Of a DNA stretch of 64,000 nt, positions 25,471 through 40,428 are shown piece after piece. The notes below the pieces were generated by a model that worked only from the letters and a program-made list of their open reading frames with translations, ran no database searches and had not been told where the DNA came from. How positions within the stretch are numbered: the first letter of the stretch is position 1; every line of letters starts with the position of its first letter. The stretch spans positions 5,890,001 through 5,954,000 of the forward strand of contig NC_043009.1 in the NCBI RefSeq assembly GCF_006345805.1, written 5' to 3'. The translations under genes and the position numbers were made by a program. This DNA is from Octopus sinensis. Lineage: Eukaryota.

Positions 25471-26650
25471 CTTTTCATGTATTTAAAGGTACGTGTATTT
25501 AAGTCATTATTTACCCACACTGACAAACACACACCGATGCACATTCAATAAGACGCAAACGCACACATGCATACACATAGCTGGACAAACTCATAATCTC
25601 AGTATACACATCGATACACATTCCTTTTGAAAGGCTGTTAATCGCCTCAGTTTGCTATCATACCTCAGGCCGTTATCTTAAACCCCAAGCAGCATAAGGG
25701 TGTATAGTAAATGTGCTATTTGTTCGTTCTGATCGTTAAACGTAAATTTAATCCTGTCATTCTGCATTGTTATTGTTAGCGCTGTGTGCCTTCCTTGAAA
25801 GCCAACGGCTCCCTCTCTACCCCAACTCTGTCTACCCGCCCCCTTTACTTACTCTTACCACGATTTCTTCCTCATCCCATCTTATAATTGTCATTAAGAC
25901 ATTTTACTTTCCCATAGAATTATTTTCAATTCGTTTTTCACTTCCCTTTGTCATCCGTACAATTATTTGCAGACTTGGACTGATCCACTCTGATTTGTCT
26001 CCTTTCACGCTTATGCATCCAGCCACACATAGATAACTTGCGCATACAGTTGAATATATATATATATATATTTGCTTATGTGGTAGTGCTTGTGTAACGC
26101 AATACGTCTACAGACATTAACATACCTACGTGCATTTATGAAATATGGTATATTTAGAGATATGTGTATAAGCAAATTGTCTAATGGGGAACAATTTAAA
26201 TTCCTGAAATAATAATAGAATGCCCCAAAACATATAAATGCTGGGGCATCACTTACTGAAGACTTTATTGTCGAATTAGAATTTTTATTCAGATTGATTA
26301 TTATTAATTCATATTTATTCCTACACACACACCCACACATACACACATACACATACAAACACACGCTCAAATATATATACATAATAACAATAAGCCTTGG
26401 ATGGAATTTATAAACCTTTAATGCACCGCTCTACGCGCGTTTCCACAAATCACGTAACTCTTAAGATCACAGTCCGTAGACAGTAGTATAGACTGTAGAA
26501 ACCACGTGCATCTGCTTGATTATCATCATTGAAGAATACTATTGTAATTATCCTACATTATATAAACACAAATTTAATGAAAGCCCGATAAACTGGATCG
26601 CTAGGCAACATCATTAGAGGGTGGCAGGCATAATGGAAAAGGAGCATATT

Positions 26651-26731
<81 letters not shown>

Positions 26732-26787
26732 TTTACTCGTTTCAGTCATTTGACTACAGCATTTCTGAAGCACCGCCTTTTAGTCGA

Positions 26788-26994
26788 GGGTCTAAACATG
26801 AAGGGGACAAACAAGGGCAGACAAAGGGATTAAGTCGATTACATCGACTCCAGTACATAACTGGTACTTAATTTATCGACCTCGAAAGGATGAAAGGCAA
26901 CGTCGACCTCGGCGGAATTTGAACTCAGAAAGTAAAGACAGACGAAATACTGCTGAGTATTTCGCCCGGCGTGCTAACGATTCTGCCAGCTCGA
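26788..26994 (-). mobile_element. SINE family 1, left member of an inverted pair
   Basis: Full body and head on the minus strand. Confidence 0.9.
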
Positions 26995-27039
26995 CGTCTA
27001 TTGGACAAGATACCTTTACATTATTTAGTCACTGCCGCA

Positions 27040-27260
27040 GGTGGCAAACTGGCAGAATCGTTAGTACACCGGTATTTCGTCTGCCGTTACGTTCTGAGTT
27101 CAAATTCCGCTGAGGTCGTCTTTGCCTTCATCCTTTCGGGGTCGATAAATTAAGTACCAGTTACGCACTTGGGTCGATGTAATCGACTTAATCCCTCTGT
27201 CTGTCCTTGTTTGTCCCCTCTATGTTTAGCCCCTTGTGGGCAATAAAGAAATCGTTAGCA
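27040..27260 (+). mobile_element. SINE family 1, right member of an inverted pair
   Basis: GGTGGCAAACTGGCAGAATCGTTAG..GTTCTGAGTTCAAATTCCGC through the tail. Confidence 0.9.
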
Positions 27261-29705
27261 TGCTAATCAAAGTACTTAACTGAATTTTGTCTGTCTTTAT
27301 ACCGTTGAAATTCCATAGACGTCGACTTTGCCTTTTATCATTTCGAGGGCAATATAATGAAGTAGACCCTGTCCCAAAATACCAGGCCTTGAGCCTATAT
27401 TACAATGAATTACTTAGTTACAATAATTTATGCTTTAAATTTGAATTCTGCAGGGGTTGATATTGCAATTTAATTATTGCCAAGTCGATAGAAGTGAAAG
27501 ACTACTTACATAGAGTAATTGATATTTCGCCGCTCACAGAAAAATATAATATTAAAGTGAAAAAAAAATGGCCATTTGCTTATGTTAGAAATATTATTAG
27601 CATTAATCTTGTCGCTACCCTTGATAATTCAAATAGAAATAACATAACTCATGCGATTTACATTGTCAGGTTACACATTAACATATTGTTGATGGCAATG
27701 TTAACATGATTTCCTCTCGTTATTTTCATCTTACATTCATATTAAGCGGAAAATAATAATTAAAATCTATTATCTCTGAAAACACAGGGACAATTTATTG
27801 AGATATTTGACATTAGAAGACTTGCATTGCATAAATCATTACATTAATTGGTTTTCATAAACATTTGTCATATCCTTATTAAATTGAATTTGTCAACTTG
27901 TTATAGCACCTAATTCCAGTGAAATGATTGAAAGATTGTAATACTCGTACGTACATACATAGGGTTTCGGCGATTTTCTTGGTACCTGATCCATACATAA
28001 TATTGCTCAACATTATTGAAAATCTATCTCTATTTATTGGTCACACATTAAATTTAATATACGTGATGTTGTTGTTGTTTTCGTCGATGATGATGGCGGC
28101 AGTGGTGGTTGTGGCGGTAATGATGATAATGGTGATGATGATGAAGATTATGCAGTTGTAGTTGTTCTCAGAAAACGTAAAGGGCCGTACATAAATGATG
28201 CAAGGGGTTCTAATGTGGTTTTAATTCTGATTCTCTGTCACTTGGGTTCAAATTTCCGTCGATGCAATCCTTGGCCTTCATCCCTTGCAGCTTTCATTTC
28301 ACACGAAAACGAAAAAAGAAATGAAATTATAATTAATTAATTAATAAAGCATCCATTGATAGGAAGGAGGGATTGACGCATGTGTAAGAAAGTAGGACTC
28401 GATGCCTCGCACTATGTCTTTGGGATTTTGCATTCTGAGCTGAAATCTCGCCACGGCTTTCTTGTGTATCAAACACAACCTATTGCCTAGTTCAATGCCA
28501 CCAGCTGATATTTTGGGTACGTTCCGTATAAAATACACTCCGTTACAAGCTCTTTGGCTAGTTTTCCGATTTAATGAGAACTTCCAATCACACGGTGTGG
28601 GACGTCCCATAAAAGGTGATAAGTACTGGCTACATTCGTGACTAAAATACTAAAAGACGAACTCCGACAATCGAATCTTTTTGTCCAATCTACTACTCTT
28701 CGTGTTACTGAAATGAGTGGGATGGACCATGATAGTGAAACCTAATAAGAGCACAAGGCCCAAATTATTCTTGATGGAGTATGGCTGATTGATCGAACTT
28801 ACTGTTTGAAGACTACTCATGTGTACCAATCAACCATAAAATTATAATAAGGCAAACCTTGATATTTTCTTGAAATAAAACTAAGCTGATGTAATCAACT
28901 AGCCCCCAATCCCCTGAAATTGCAGTCCTTGTACATATAATAGAAAACATTATAATGAGTACCATTAAAACTCCCGCAGCTAATGCTACCCCCACAATCA
29001 CCATGACCACCACCCACTCCAAATACTACCAAACCTAACTAACACTATTTCTACTCCCACCACCAACACCATTAACACCACTGAGATTTCTAGTTTTACT
29101 CTTTCTACTACTTTTGTTTTGTTCAATAATGTCTTAACTGCGTGATATAAAACTTTCTGTCATAGGCCCAAGTTCTAGAATTTTATGGGTCGACGTTAAT
29201 ACTCAACTAGTAACAGGTATCGCTACTATGGGTGCTCCTATTGTTGGGTGGTGCTAGTGTAGCTCCGATCTAGCAGAACTACAAACCTAATTCGTTGTTC
29301 TTGAGTATCACAATATGCTTTCCAAGATGAAATGCATTTGCAGTGTAATATAGTTGCTTCGCTATGTGTAAGTCTAACTCAAAAATCTTGACCGTTGCTC
29401 ACCAATTAACACATTATTCGTTGTAAGTATATCGGGTTAGGACGCACAAGGGTGAAGTAGGCGAGTCGATTGCAGAGATTTTTAATTTAAAACAAATCTA
29501 TCTGAATTGGTGAATTTAGTTGATTCTGCATTCAGCACATTTGGTTTCTGCTGTCATTTAATTCCATAGCGATATGTGGGGAATTAAATCACAGCATTGT
29601 TTTAAAAATTAATTTATGCAGAATCAGCTATGAAAATTTTTTTGTGTGATAATCTGGCTTTATCTCATAGTCATCGGCACCAAACCTTCTATACAGCTAC
29701 TGCTG

Positions 29706-29728
29706 TATCTACTACTACTACTACTACA

Positions 29729-29797
<69 letters not shown>

Positions 29798-29830
29798 GCC
29801 GCTGCTGCTGCTGCTACTACTGCTACTACT
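29706..29830. repeat. (CTA)n/(CTG)n microsatellite
   Basis: Direct inspection. Confidence 0.97.
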
Positions 29831-29971
29831 AAAATACCTGCAAAATGTTCTTTGTTCAATGCAATATTTATTACCTTATAAAAATTGTCCTTGCTTATCC
29901 ACATGTTGGACATAACGTAACACGTACTGCCATCTATATGTAGAAGTAATAATAAATAGATACATACATAC

Positions 29972-30064
<93 letters not shown>
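29972..30064. repeat. (GATA)n microsatellite; (TATC)n also at ~20379-20460
   Basis: Direct inspection. Confidence 0.97.
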
Positions 30065-30065
<1 letters not shown>

Positions 30066-30155
30066 ATGCCTTCAAGCTTTGGTTTATACTTCGATTATTG
30101 CCTTGTCCGATATTTATCTGTGGTCCTTTCTACAGCAACATGTTTATTCTATGAA

Positions 30156-30320
30156 ATGCGGTGAGCTGGCAGAAACGTTAGTACGCCATGTGAAATGCTT
30201 GCCTTTCATCCTTTTAGGGTGGAAAAATTGAGTACCAGTTGCCTACTGGGGTCGATCTAATCGACTGCCCCTTCTCCAAAGATTTCGGGCCTTGTGCCTA
30301 GAGTAAGCAAGAAAGTTAAA
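30156..30320 (+). mobile_element. SINE family 1 with internal deletion
   Basis: GCGGTGAGCTGGCAGAAACGTTAG joined to GCCTTTCATCC..GGGGTCGATCTAATCGAC..GGGCCTTGTGCCTAGAG. Confidence 0.8.
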
Positions 30321-31384
30321 ACCATGATATACACACTTCTTGTTTTAAAGCGATCCAAATTAAAATTTGACATCAAAATTAATCGTAAATTTATTGCACC
30401 AAAGATTAGTTCAATGATGACAAAATTATTTCACTCTGAATTCATTGTAATTTAAATTTACTTGAAACAAGATTCGAAAGAAATACAGCAAGAAATAAGA
30501 AAAAGAATAAGCATTACCATAAATATATTCATCAATGAAAATATTCAATCGATAATAGCCGTTCGTCCCTACAGTGTTTATATTTTCTGCATAAAGAGCT
30601 GAATAGTTGAAAATATAGTTTTTCCGTATTTGTATGGATGGAAATATCACGTGTTTCTTAACAAGTTTAGGTGATGATGGACCTGTAACACGTTTATGCG
30701 ACAAAGGAAAGAATTTCGTTGTATTGTCAAAGAGGTATACATCAATGTGTTATTAAAAGTATTATCTATCTTATATATTGTCACGTTTCTTGTTTGACAA
30801 TGGAGTTTCACAATGTACAGAAAAGTTTTCCCGCTGTTATATCAAATTACATGTTTCCAGTTATGCAATAGCAACGCACGCAGATTTCAGCTGCTAAGAA
30901 TAAAATTAATGAAAGTTATAGAGAATATGGTCTAATATATTCAAGCCTTTTAACCCAGTTTGTGAATGTGTGGGAGCATATTATATACACATATACAAAC
31001 AAGCACTCATAGAAGCAAAAACCTACATCAACGTATGAAAATATACGTGAAGTTGCAACCGTGTTTGCATAGACTACCGACACCTTGCTTCGAGTTCAGT
31101 CCCATTGCCTGGCGTCTAAGAGATTTGAGTGGAGACCCTGACTGACAAATGAGTCGTGAGTAAATTTAGTGGACGTAGATTCAGAAGAAGCATTGTATAC
31201 ATATACACAACATCACAGATACATACATGTACACACACACATGCGAACACACAAACACACACACTATAATTACCCAAACACATACGCACACCCTCAATCA
31301 TATGATCACCGTGACCGACCAGGCTATCATATGTTGCTAGACATTGATGGTCACAATGCGCTTCGCATTGTTTTAGCCTTCAAA

Positions 31385-31570
31385 TGACGCCACCCCGCTG
31401 GCTAAGCGAGCAGGCCAACAGAAGAAAGAGTGAGAGAAAGTTGTGGCGAAAGAGTACCACCCCTGCTGGAGCCCCGTGGAGCTTTAGGTGTTTTCACTCA
31501 ATAAACACTCGCAACGCCCGGTCTGGGAATCGAAACCGCGAGTCTGCTGCCCTAACCACTGGCCATTGCT
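31385..31570 (-). mobile_element. SINE family 3 variant
   Basis: Minus-strand TGGCCAGTGGTTAG..GGTTTCGATTCCCAGACCGG..AACACCTAAAGCTCC, as in the 53196 copy. Confidence 0.75.
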
Positions 31571-31594
31571 CTCTCACAACACACACATACATAC

Positions 31595-31637
<43 letters not shown>

Positions 31638-32053
31638 TATATACGTTTAAATATTTGTTGTGCAACATTTTTTATGTGAAGCTGTGTGTTGAAACAGATA
31701 TTTAGGAATGGTCATTTTGCCAGTTTAGCCAATAAAAACACACGCACTATATATTTGGCGTTACCTTGCTTCAGTGTTATTTATTTTTTACATTTTTTAC
31801 ATGATTTGTGTCTCTCCTTACTAACTGTAAGTAAGGAGAGACAAATAAGTAAGAAGAAAACAAAGGACCACTGATGCGGTCACAGGAGTGTGACGAAATA
31901 AGATTAAGATTAATGTAAAAAATAAATAACACTGAAGCAAGTAACACCAAATATATAGTGCGTGTGTGTTTTTATTGGGTAAACCAGGTGGTGCTATTAA
32001 GTTAGACATGGCCTGGGCCAATAATGGCCGAAACCTATCAAAGTATCAAAGTA

Positions 32054-32184
<131 letters not shown>

Positions 32185-32441
32185 TGGTTGTGCGGCATAC
32201 GCACACACTCACAAACCTTTGTATATCTACTACATATTTGTGAAAAGGGCAGATGTCTCACAATCAGTTGTGAGACAAAAGTTTTCGGATTGACCTGAAA
32301 ATTTGCACATCTATGTTAAAAGTGCTGGGGAGTTTGCATAGCAATTTTGAATTTGCTCAATTGAAAGGAATGGCATGTAGATCCAAATCCTCATCGTTAA
32401 AATGTGACCCGAGTAGACCCGACTGAAATCGGGTTATAATA

Positions 32442-32542
<101 letters not shown>

Positions 32543-33191
32543 ACATGAAAACACAAGAGAAAATACAACAACGCGAGAACGTGGAACAAATATAGTATTA
32601 TTGGATGCACAGGAAATAAGGAAAGGAGGAAAGAAGGAGGGTTTAACGTTTTGAGCGGAGCTCTTCGTTAGATACACAGGAAAAGGAAAGATCCAAAGAA
32701 TGGAAAACGGAAGAAAAATAATCGCCAACGGTGCACACACGGTCACGTTTTGAATGTATATATATTGTGTGTGTGTGGTTGGGGATTAAGAATTTTGTTT
32801 CCTAAACACATGGCTGCGTGTACCTGAGGTAAGACAGTTCTACGATGAACATGGAACAAGGAAACCCTTTTGAGTCGAATTCGTTGACTGTGACGCAAAG
32901 GAACCCAGTCTCCCTCATCGCTCTCCCTCACTTCTTCCTTCTCCTTCTTACATTCCTATATATGGCTGAAGAAAATCAGGCAGCGTTTGGCATTGATTTC
33001 GAAATGATAATATCAAATCAACCAGCTTTACTTTTGCTTATCTAGCGGAGGTAAGACAATATCACTGTCCACTGAACGATACGATAATTATCAAACTTTA
33101 ATTTTGTGACTATTCTTTGGAATCGAAGAATTTTTTACTTCTATTTTTAGCGAAGCCGGTGCTCATATATTACCCTTGTTTATATATATAT

Positions 33192-33282
<91 letters not shown>

Positions 33283-33309
33283 TATCATATGTGTATACAT
33301 ATATATATA

Positions 33310-33745
33310 TGTATAAGGGTGAAAAGGAACACACGAGTTGATATATATGAAAAAACAAGTCAAAAATAGAAAATGCTAAAATAATTTTATAGTGAACATT
33401 TCAGTACCGGTTTCGGTCATTTTGAGACCTTTTCAACTGTAACGATTAAATAATTAAATTTAGAAAAATTAGAAGAAAAGTTTTTTTGAAGGAATATTTC
33501 TATAGTAGTGTTCAGATTTAAGTGGCATTCTGCCTTTCTCTGACTCCCTTGTTTGCACTTGTGTGTTGGAGGTCGTTGTGAGTTCTTGGCAGGGTAGTAG
33601 AGGAAGAAGGCTGGTGAGGAAGGGGGTTGGGAGAATCTGGGAGTGCCCTGATGGTCGTATTTTGAATGGTCAGTGGCCGCTGGCAGTCGCAGTTCAATTC
33701 AGGAGAATATTTATATTGACAGGCTTGTTTATAGAATTTGCGTAA
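33310..33745 (-). mobile_element. 3' end (pLTR region) of a second Penelope-like element
   Basis: The minus strand reads LRKFYKQACQYKYSPELN then a low-complexity tail, resembling the C-terminal (E)xxxIxxYxPxLN of PLE GIY-YIG domains. It is followed by a minimal hammerhead and then a (TA)n tract at ~33180-33310. Confidence 0.65.
33402..33439 (-). ncRNA. Minimal type I hammerhead ribozyme with U3-A8 core variant
   Basis: Minus strand CAG-TTGAAAA-GGTC-TCAAAAT-GACC-GAAA-CCGG-TA-CTG: stem I CAG/CTG, stem II GGTC/GACC, palindromic stem III ACCGGT, GUA triplet. Confidence 0.8.
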
Positions 33746-34481
33746 GTGTTATACTAAAAAACATTAGTGACAAAGTTAAGGGGTAGGGGGTGGAGAAGTA
33801 GAAGAAGAAGAAGAAGAAGAAGAAGAAGAAGAAGAAGAAGGAGAAGGAGAAGATGACGATGATGGTGATGGTGGTGATGATTATGACGACGATGATGATG
33901 ATAATGATGATGATGAAGAAGAAGAGGAAGAAGAAGAAAAAACAGAGAAGGGAGAATATGAATGGGTTAAAGTAGTGAGGTGTTGTATGACTTGAAGTTG
34001 GTATGTTATGGATTATAGCTGTGATTTTAGCTGTGATTAGTAATGGATTCTTATATACATATATACGTATACCTATATATATACACATATATAGACCTAA
34101 ATATACATATATACATATACACACATATATACATGTACATATATACAATAATGTACGTATATACGTGTGTATGTGTGTTTTGTGTGTGTTTGTGTGTGTT
34201 TGTGTGCCTTGTTTGCCCCCGCACCCCACCGACATCATCGCATGAAAACCGCTGTGTCTTGTTTCCCACCAAAACCACCACTATCGCTTGACAACCGATG
34301 TTGGTGTGTTTATATCCCCGAAAGCTAGCGGTTCGACAAAAGACACTGATGGGTTACGTACTAAGTTTACAAAGAACAAGTCTAGTATCGATTTTTTCGA
34401 CTAAAGGCGGTGCTCCACCATGGCCGCAGTCAAAAAATGAAACGTTTAAAATACTAAAAGTGTATGTGTGTGTTTGTGTGT

Positions 34482-34530
<49 letters not shown>

Positions 34531-35421
34531 GAGCGGGCCTCTTTGTCTTTTTGATTGTCCTGTAATGCCGCTTGAAAACCGGCGTTTATTTGCATCCATG
34601 TGATTGAGCATTTCGGCACAAGACAACGATAGGATAAGTATCAGACTTATAAAATAAATTATTGAATCAATGAATGAATAAATAAAGAAATATATAAGTA
34701 TTGAGATCCAATTCGTCAATAAAACATTTTAAGGTGGTACGCTAGCATAGCTACAGTTCAATGACTATAACTTAAAAAAGAAAAAAAGATTAAAGGAAGG
34801 TATCCATAGCTAATTTATCCCGGGTAGCTGAATGAAAGAGTTAGCTGGAGAGATTTAATAAAGGGGAAACATGCTCATTGCAATTACCACTTGATTTTTA
34901 AAGGCTATATATAACAACCAATTATTTTGATGATCAGACATAATAGTAGATATCAACTTTACTCATGTGTTTTATATTTTAACCTCATACTGAGGGAGCT
35001 ATCTCTCATGCATGTAACTAGGATATCTGTGTGTGTGTGTGTGTGTGTATACATACACATATATACACACATGCATATATATTTATATATACATTCATTT
35101 GTTTGCATGTATGTGTGTGTTTGAGTGTGTGCGTATACTTTGATTTTCAGCAGCTCCCTATTTTGTGTCGTTTCACCACTCCATGCAAAGAAAATCTATA
35201 TATCTTCTGTGTGTGTGTGTCTATGTATGTATGAATGTATCTGTGTATGCATCAATAACTATACACATATGTAGATTTATAGAAGAAGAGATAAATAAAT
35301 AAATGGACAGATAATTACACACAAAAATATAACTATTTGTACATCTGCAGTTTTCTGCCTACACAGACACCTGCGTGTATTCGTTCTGGAGTTCAATTTT
35401 AAGTTATTTCATATATATATA

Positions 35422-35464
<43 letters not shown>

Positions 35465-36150
35465 TATAGATATAGATACAGATATAGATATGTTCGCCAG
35501 GAATATGAGTAAGAGATTAAAGATCAAGAAGGGAAAAAGCAGTGACCTTATAAATTGCCTAGCATATGACCAAATCTGAATAACAAAACTGTAAAAAAAA
35601 AATGTCTTAAAATGTATAACAGAGAAAAAAAAAGCATCATATCTTATGATAAATAAGTAAATAAATGTTTTATACATTAATGAATGCTGACATTAAAGAA
35701 ATATGTTTTCCTACGAATATGTATACTTGCCTTTACCAATTAAGGATCACGATAAAATAACGAGAAAGCATGTTCATCGTAATATACTCCACAGCAATCA
35801 TAAGCATTCTGAGAGGCAGATATATTCATTTAAACTTGAAATTACATATATATGTATGTACACCAATGTATATATATTTTTATCTAACTATGCATATATC
35901 CATAAATGCATACGGTTATATAAGTGCTGGTGTATGTATGTATATATGTATGCATGTATGTATATATGAACCTACATATAGGGATATGTACATATATGCA
36001 TGCATACATAACTACATATACACTCACATATATATGTATGTAGGTAGCTATATTTATATATATATATATATTTCTGTGTACGACTGCATCGTTTATGCAT
36101 GTACACCAACATCACTACATTTAGCTAGTTACATGAAATATGTACGTGCA

Positions 36151-36204
<54 letters not shown>

Positions 36205-36660
36205 CGTGTGCGCGCGCTTGTCTATGAAAGTGTGTGTGCGTGATTATCTAATAAGTGACAAACTGCATGTAAACCCTGTATATCTTTCCTCTGTAATTTC
36301 AAGTGACAATTGAGGAACGTAAAACAAGACAAACAAAACAAAACAAAAAAACAGATATCATATAAACGTATATATATGCATGTTCCAAAGCGTGATGTCG
36401 GTGAAAGCCACGTGTTAATTCCTCCATTAAGTAAAAATGAGGGTTCTTAAAAAATAAAAAAAGAAGAGGAAAAGACAGTAATAAATAAGCGAAAACGAAA
36501 ATATGTGACATGTTCAGACCTTTTTGTGTGCTTAAGTAAACACTTGTGATTCATACAATATTGCATATAATAACATAGGCGCACATTTATGTATAACTGT
36601 GCGTTCAATATTTCATATTTTCAATGTGGTACACCATGTTGCAAATTATATATACATACA

Positions 36661-36697
<37 letters not shown>

Positions 36698-36699
36698 TA

Positions 36700-36746
<47 letters not shown>

Positions 36747-36821
36747 CACATATATGTATATATATATATATATACATACATATATATATACATATATATA
36801 TATATTATATATACATCTATG

Positions 36822-36890
<69 letters not shown>

Positions 36891-37529
36891 ATTGTATGTG
36901 TGTGTGTGTTTATTTGTTTTAGTTTGTCTTAAATGATTCGTATTTATAATCTTCTGTAGACTCTGGCACGAACATATAATCATATGAACAGAAATAAGAT
37001 TAGATATATATGAAAATACACCAAAACCTGTAGACTCGTATATATGTATGTGTGTACATTTATATATGTAATTCTATATCTATAAATAAAATAAGCTACA
37101 CATGTACTTATACATACATACACATATATATATATACTCTTTTTTATATATATACATATACAAAAGTACATATATATGCATATGTACATACATATATGTA
37201 ACTATATATTTATGTGTATATATACATATGTATTTCTGTATATATATGTATATTTACATATTTATATACACATACCCACATATATATATATATGTCTTTA
37301 TGTGTGTGTGTGCGTGTGTATATATACACATATACATATGTGTGTGCATGTATATCCATATATGCATACACATGCATAGCCGCACAGACACACACACAGG
37401 TATACATTTATATGTATACATATACATACATACATATATGTATATATATATATAATATATATATATATATCTATATTATATATATTTATCTATATCTATA
37501 TATATATATTATGTATATATATATAATAT

Positions 37530-37560
<31 letters not shown>

Positions 37561-38066
37561 TATAATATATACATATGAATATCAATTATATTTCACATAT
37601 CACATATGTGCTTACATACAATTTGATGGCTGCCATCTGTTGAGTGTAGAGTTCTCTGACGCCGGATAACTGAACCCTAATCGAATCTCTGCATATGTAC
37701 AGGATAATTACTTTTGCAATTACCTCACGATAAATAGAGAAATGTGTCCTAATTCCTAATTGCTGAAGTTAGAAAGTCAAAGTAATTCGGTAGAACTTTC
37801 ATTAGAAATGATTAAAGATGGAAAATATCACGTCATTTGGTGGAAAAAAATATGTCACATATATCGAAATTAATTTACTGGAAGTAATACCAGTTTTATG
37901 ACTATAATTTCTACGTGAAAATATATATCCAGCCCCACATTTACACACTCCTAATCCTCCGTTCAGAGACACACCCATACTCACATACACACATATATGT
38001 GCGAAAGAGATTTCCTGTCGATCAGTTGCATTGCGTCCCTGAGTGTGCGCGTAAGTATACACACCA

Positions 38067-38158
<92 letters not shown>

Positions 38159-38159
<1 letters not shown>

Positions 38160-38561
38160 GGCGTAGCAGTGGCTGTGTGGTAAGTGGCTTGCTTAAGAAC
38201 CACAGGGTTCAGGGTTCAGTCCCACTGCGTGGCACAATGGGCAAGTGTCTTCTGCTATAGCCTCGGGTCGACCAAAGCATTGTGAGTGGATTTCGTAGAC
38301 GGAAACTGAAACGAAGCCCGTCGTGTATACGTCTATATATATGAATGTGTTTGTATATGTTTGTGTGTCTGTGCTTGTACCCCAACATCGCTTGACAACT
38401 GATGCTGGTGTGTTTACGTCCCCGTAACATAGCGGTTCGGCAAAAGAAACCGATGGAATAAGTACTAGGCTTACAAAGAATAAGTCGTGGGGTCGATTTG
38501 CTAGACCAAAGGCGTTGCTCTATCATTACTTTAGACTAAAACAAGTAAAAGAGTAAAAAGT
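38159..38561 (+). mobile_element. Full-length tRNA-derived SINE family 2 with internal (TA/TG)n
   Basis: Head GGCTGTGTGGTAAG..GGGTTCAGTCCCACTGCGTGGCAC..GGGCAAGTGTCTTCT, internal microsatellite, 3' half ..GGGGTCGATTTG..AAAGGCG.. and an AAAAGAGTAAAA tail. Confidence 0.88.
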
Positions 38562-39575
38562 ATACACACTCACACCCATACTAACACACACACACACACA
38601 CACACGTATATATTACGAAAAAAAAAAGACGAAGACAGTTGGTGTACAAAACAAACAGATGTATTAGTATAACGCTCAGGAATAGAAAAATGGATTTTAC
38701 GTTTTGAACCTACGCTCTTCTACAGAAAGGATCACAGAAAAAAACAAGGAGAGAAACAAGGAGAGAAAATATGTGTGTAGTGGCTAACTATATATAGTGC
38801 CGGACAGAAGGTTCAAACACGAGGAGTAAAGTAGGGGAGATAACAAGGTAAAGATGACTCCCAACACAAAGGTGTGCTTGTATATAAAAGAGAGTATGTA
38901 TGTGTGTGTGAAAGAGGGCTGGTGTACTGGATGCGTGCTTGTATGTATGTGTAGCTTTGAAAATATGGTGATGAGTGTGCGGGTGGTGTGTTGAGATGTG
39001 TAATGTTGTATGATGTAGTGTGGTGCGGTGTCATGTTGTTGGCAGGTGGGGGAGGCGAGAATTGGGAAAGCACGGGTGGGTTGTGTGTTCGGCTGGGGGT
39101 TGGGTTAGAGTTGGTCCTTGTGGGTAGGCAGAGGGTGGGGTATGTGGGGTGGCTGTTTGGTAAGAAACTTGTTTCCCACCCACATGGTTCCGATTTCAGT
39201 CGCACTGGGTTAGGCTTTGGACAAGTGCCTTCCATTGTAGGTTCGTACCAACTAAAGGCATGTGAGTGCATTTGATGGACAGAACATGAAAGAAACCTAT
39301 CATGTATACGTATGTATATATTTATATGATTCTATATTTCTGTGTGTGTTCCTCCACCATCGTTTTACAACCGATATTGGTGCCTTTATATTCCCCTATC
39401 TTGGCGGAATCCAAAGAATAAGCCTTTGATTTCTTCGACCAAAGGCGGTGCTCTAGCAGGTCTGCTTTTAGTCGAGCCTAGTACTTATTCCATCGACATT
39501 TTTGCCAAACCGCTAGATTACAGGGACATAACTACACAAGTATTGGTCGTTAAGCGACCTTGGGTGGGGAAGACA

Positions 39576-39606
<31 letters not shown>

Positions 39607-40385
39607 CGTACATGTATAAACGACGGTCTTCTTTCAGTTTCTGCCTACGAAATCTACTCACAAGTCTCTCTGGTCGTGTCGAGGCTATAGTATAAAATAT
39701 TTACCCAGTGTGCCACTCAGAGGGAAGAAATATGGAACCATGTGGTTGGTTAACAACTTACCACACAGCCATTCCTGCGCCTATATAGAGGTAATTTAAA
39801 TTGCAAACATACTGTTTCTCCTTACCTTAGCTTTGTGATGAATAACGAAATTCTATAGGTCATAAAACTCTCTCTTTCACTCTCACTTTCTCTCCCTCAC
39901 TCTCTGTTTCTCACTCTTTCTCACTCTTTCTCTCTGTCTCTATGCCTCTCTATGTCTCTCTACCAATCACTATCTTTGCATTCATCTGCCTGGCAGATAT
40001 ATGTGTGCATATGTAGATGTGCTTTTTTATCTATCTATCTGTATTGTTCTCGTTCTCTCTCTCTATCTCTCTCTCTCTGTGTCTCTGCCTCTGTCTCTGT
40101 CTCTCCGACCCCTATCTCTCTCAGTCTCTCTCTCTCGCGATATATATATATTTACACATGTAGAAATAGGTAGGTAAGACACAGTGATTCAAGTGTAGGG
40201 TATTTCTTAGCTTCAAACGATTAGGCAGCTAGTACAGATGAGAAAACGTGGACAATATACAAATAACAAGTACATATATTTGTTAACATCTTAAGTTACA
40301 TACGTCTTCCCATCAATATAGGAAGTAAAAAGAGATAAGAATTATAAAGAGATTTCGACAAGCTGATGATCATCATACACCACTT

Positions 40386-40428
<43 letters not shown>

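Noticed and set aside
28341-28610. 89-aa minus-strand ORF with GVYFIRN..G..R...H spacing reminiscent of GIY-YIG
   Set aside because: The YIG tyrosine and downstream Glu/Asn are missing, so this is probably coincidence. An HHpred search would settle it.
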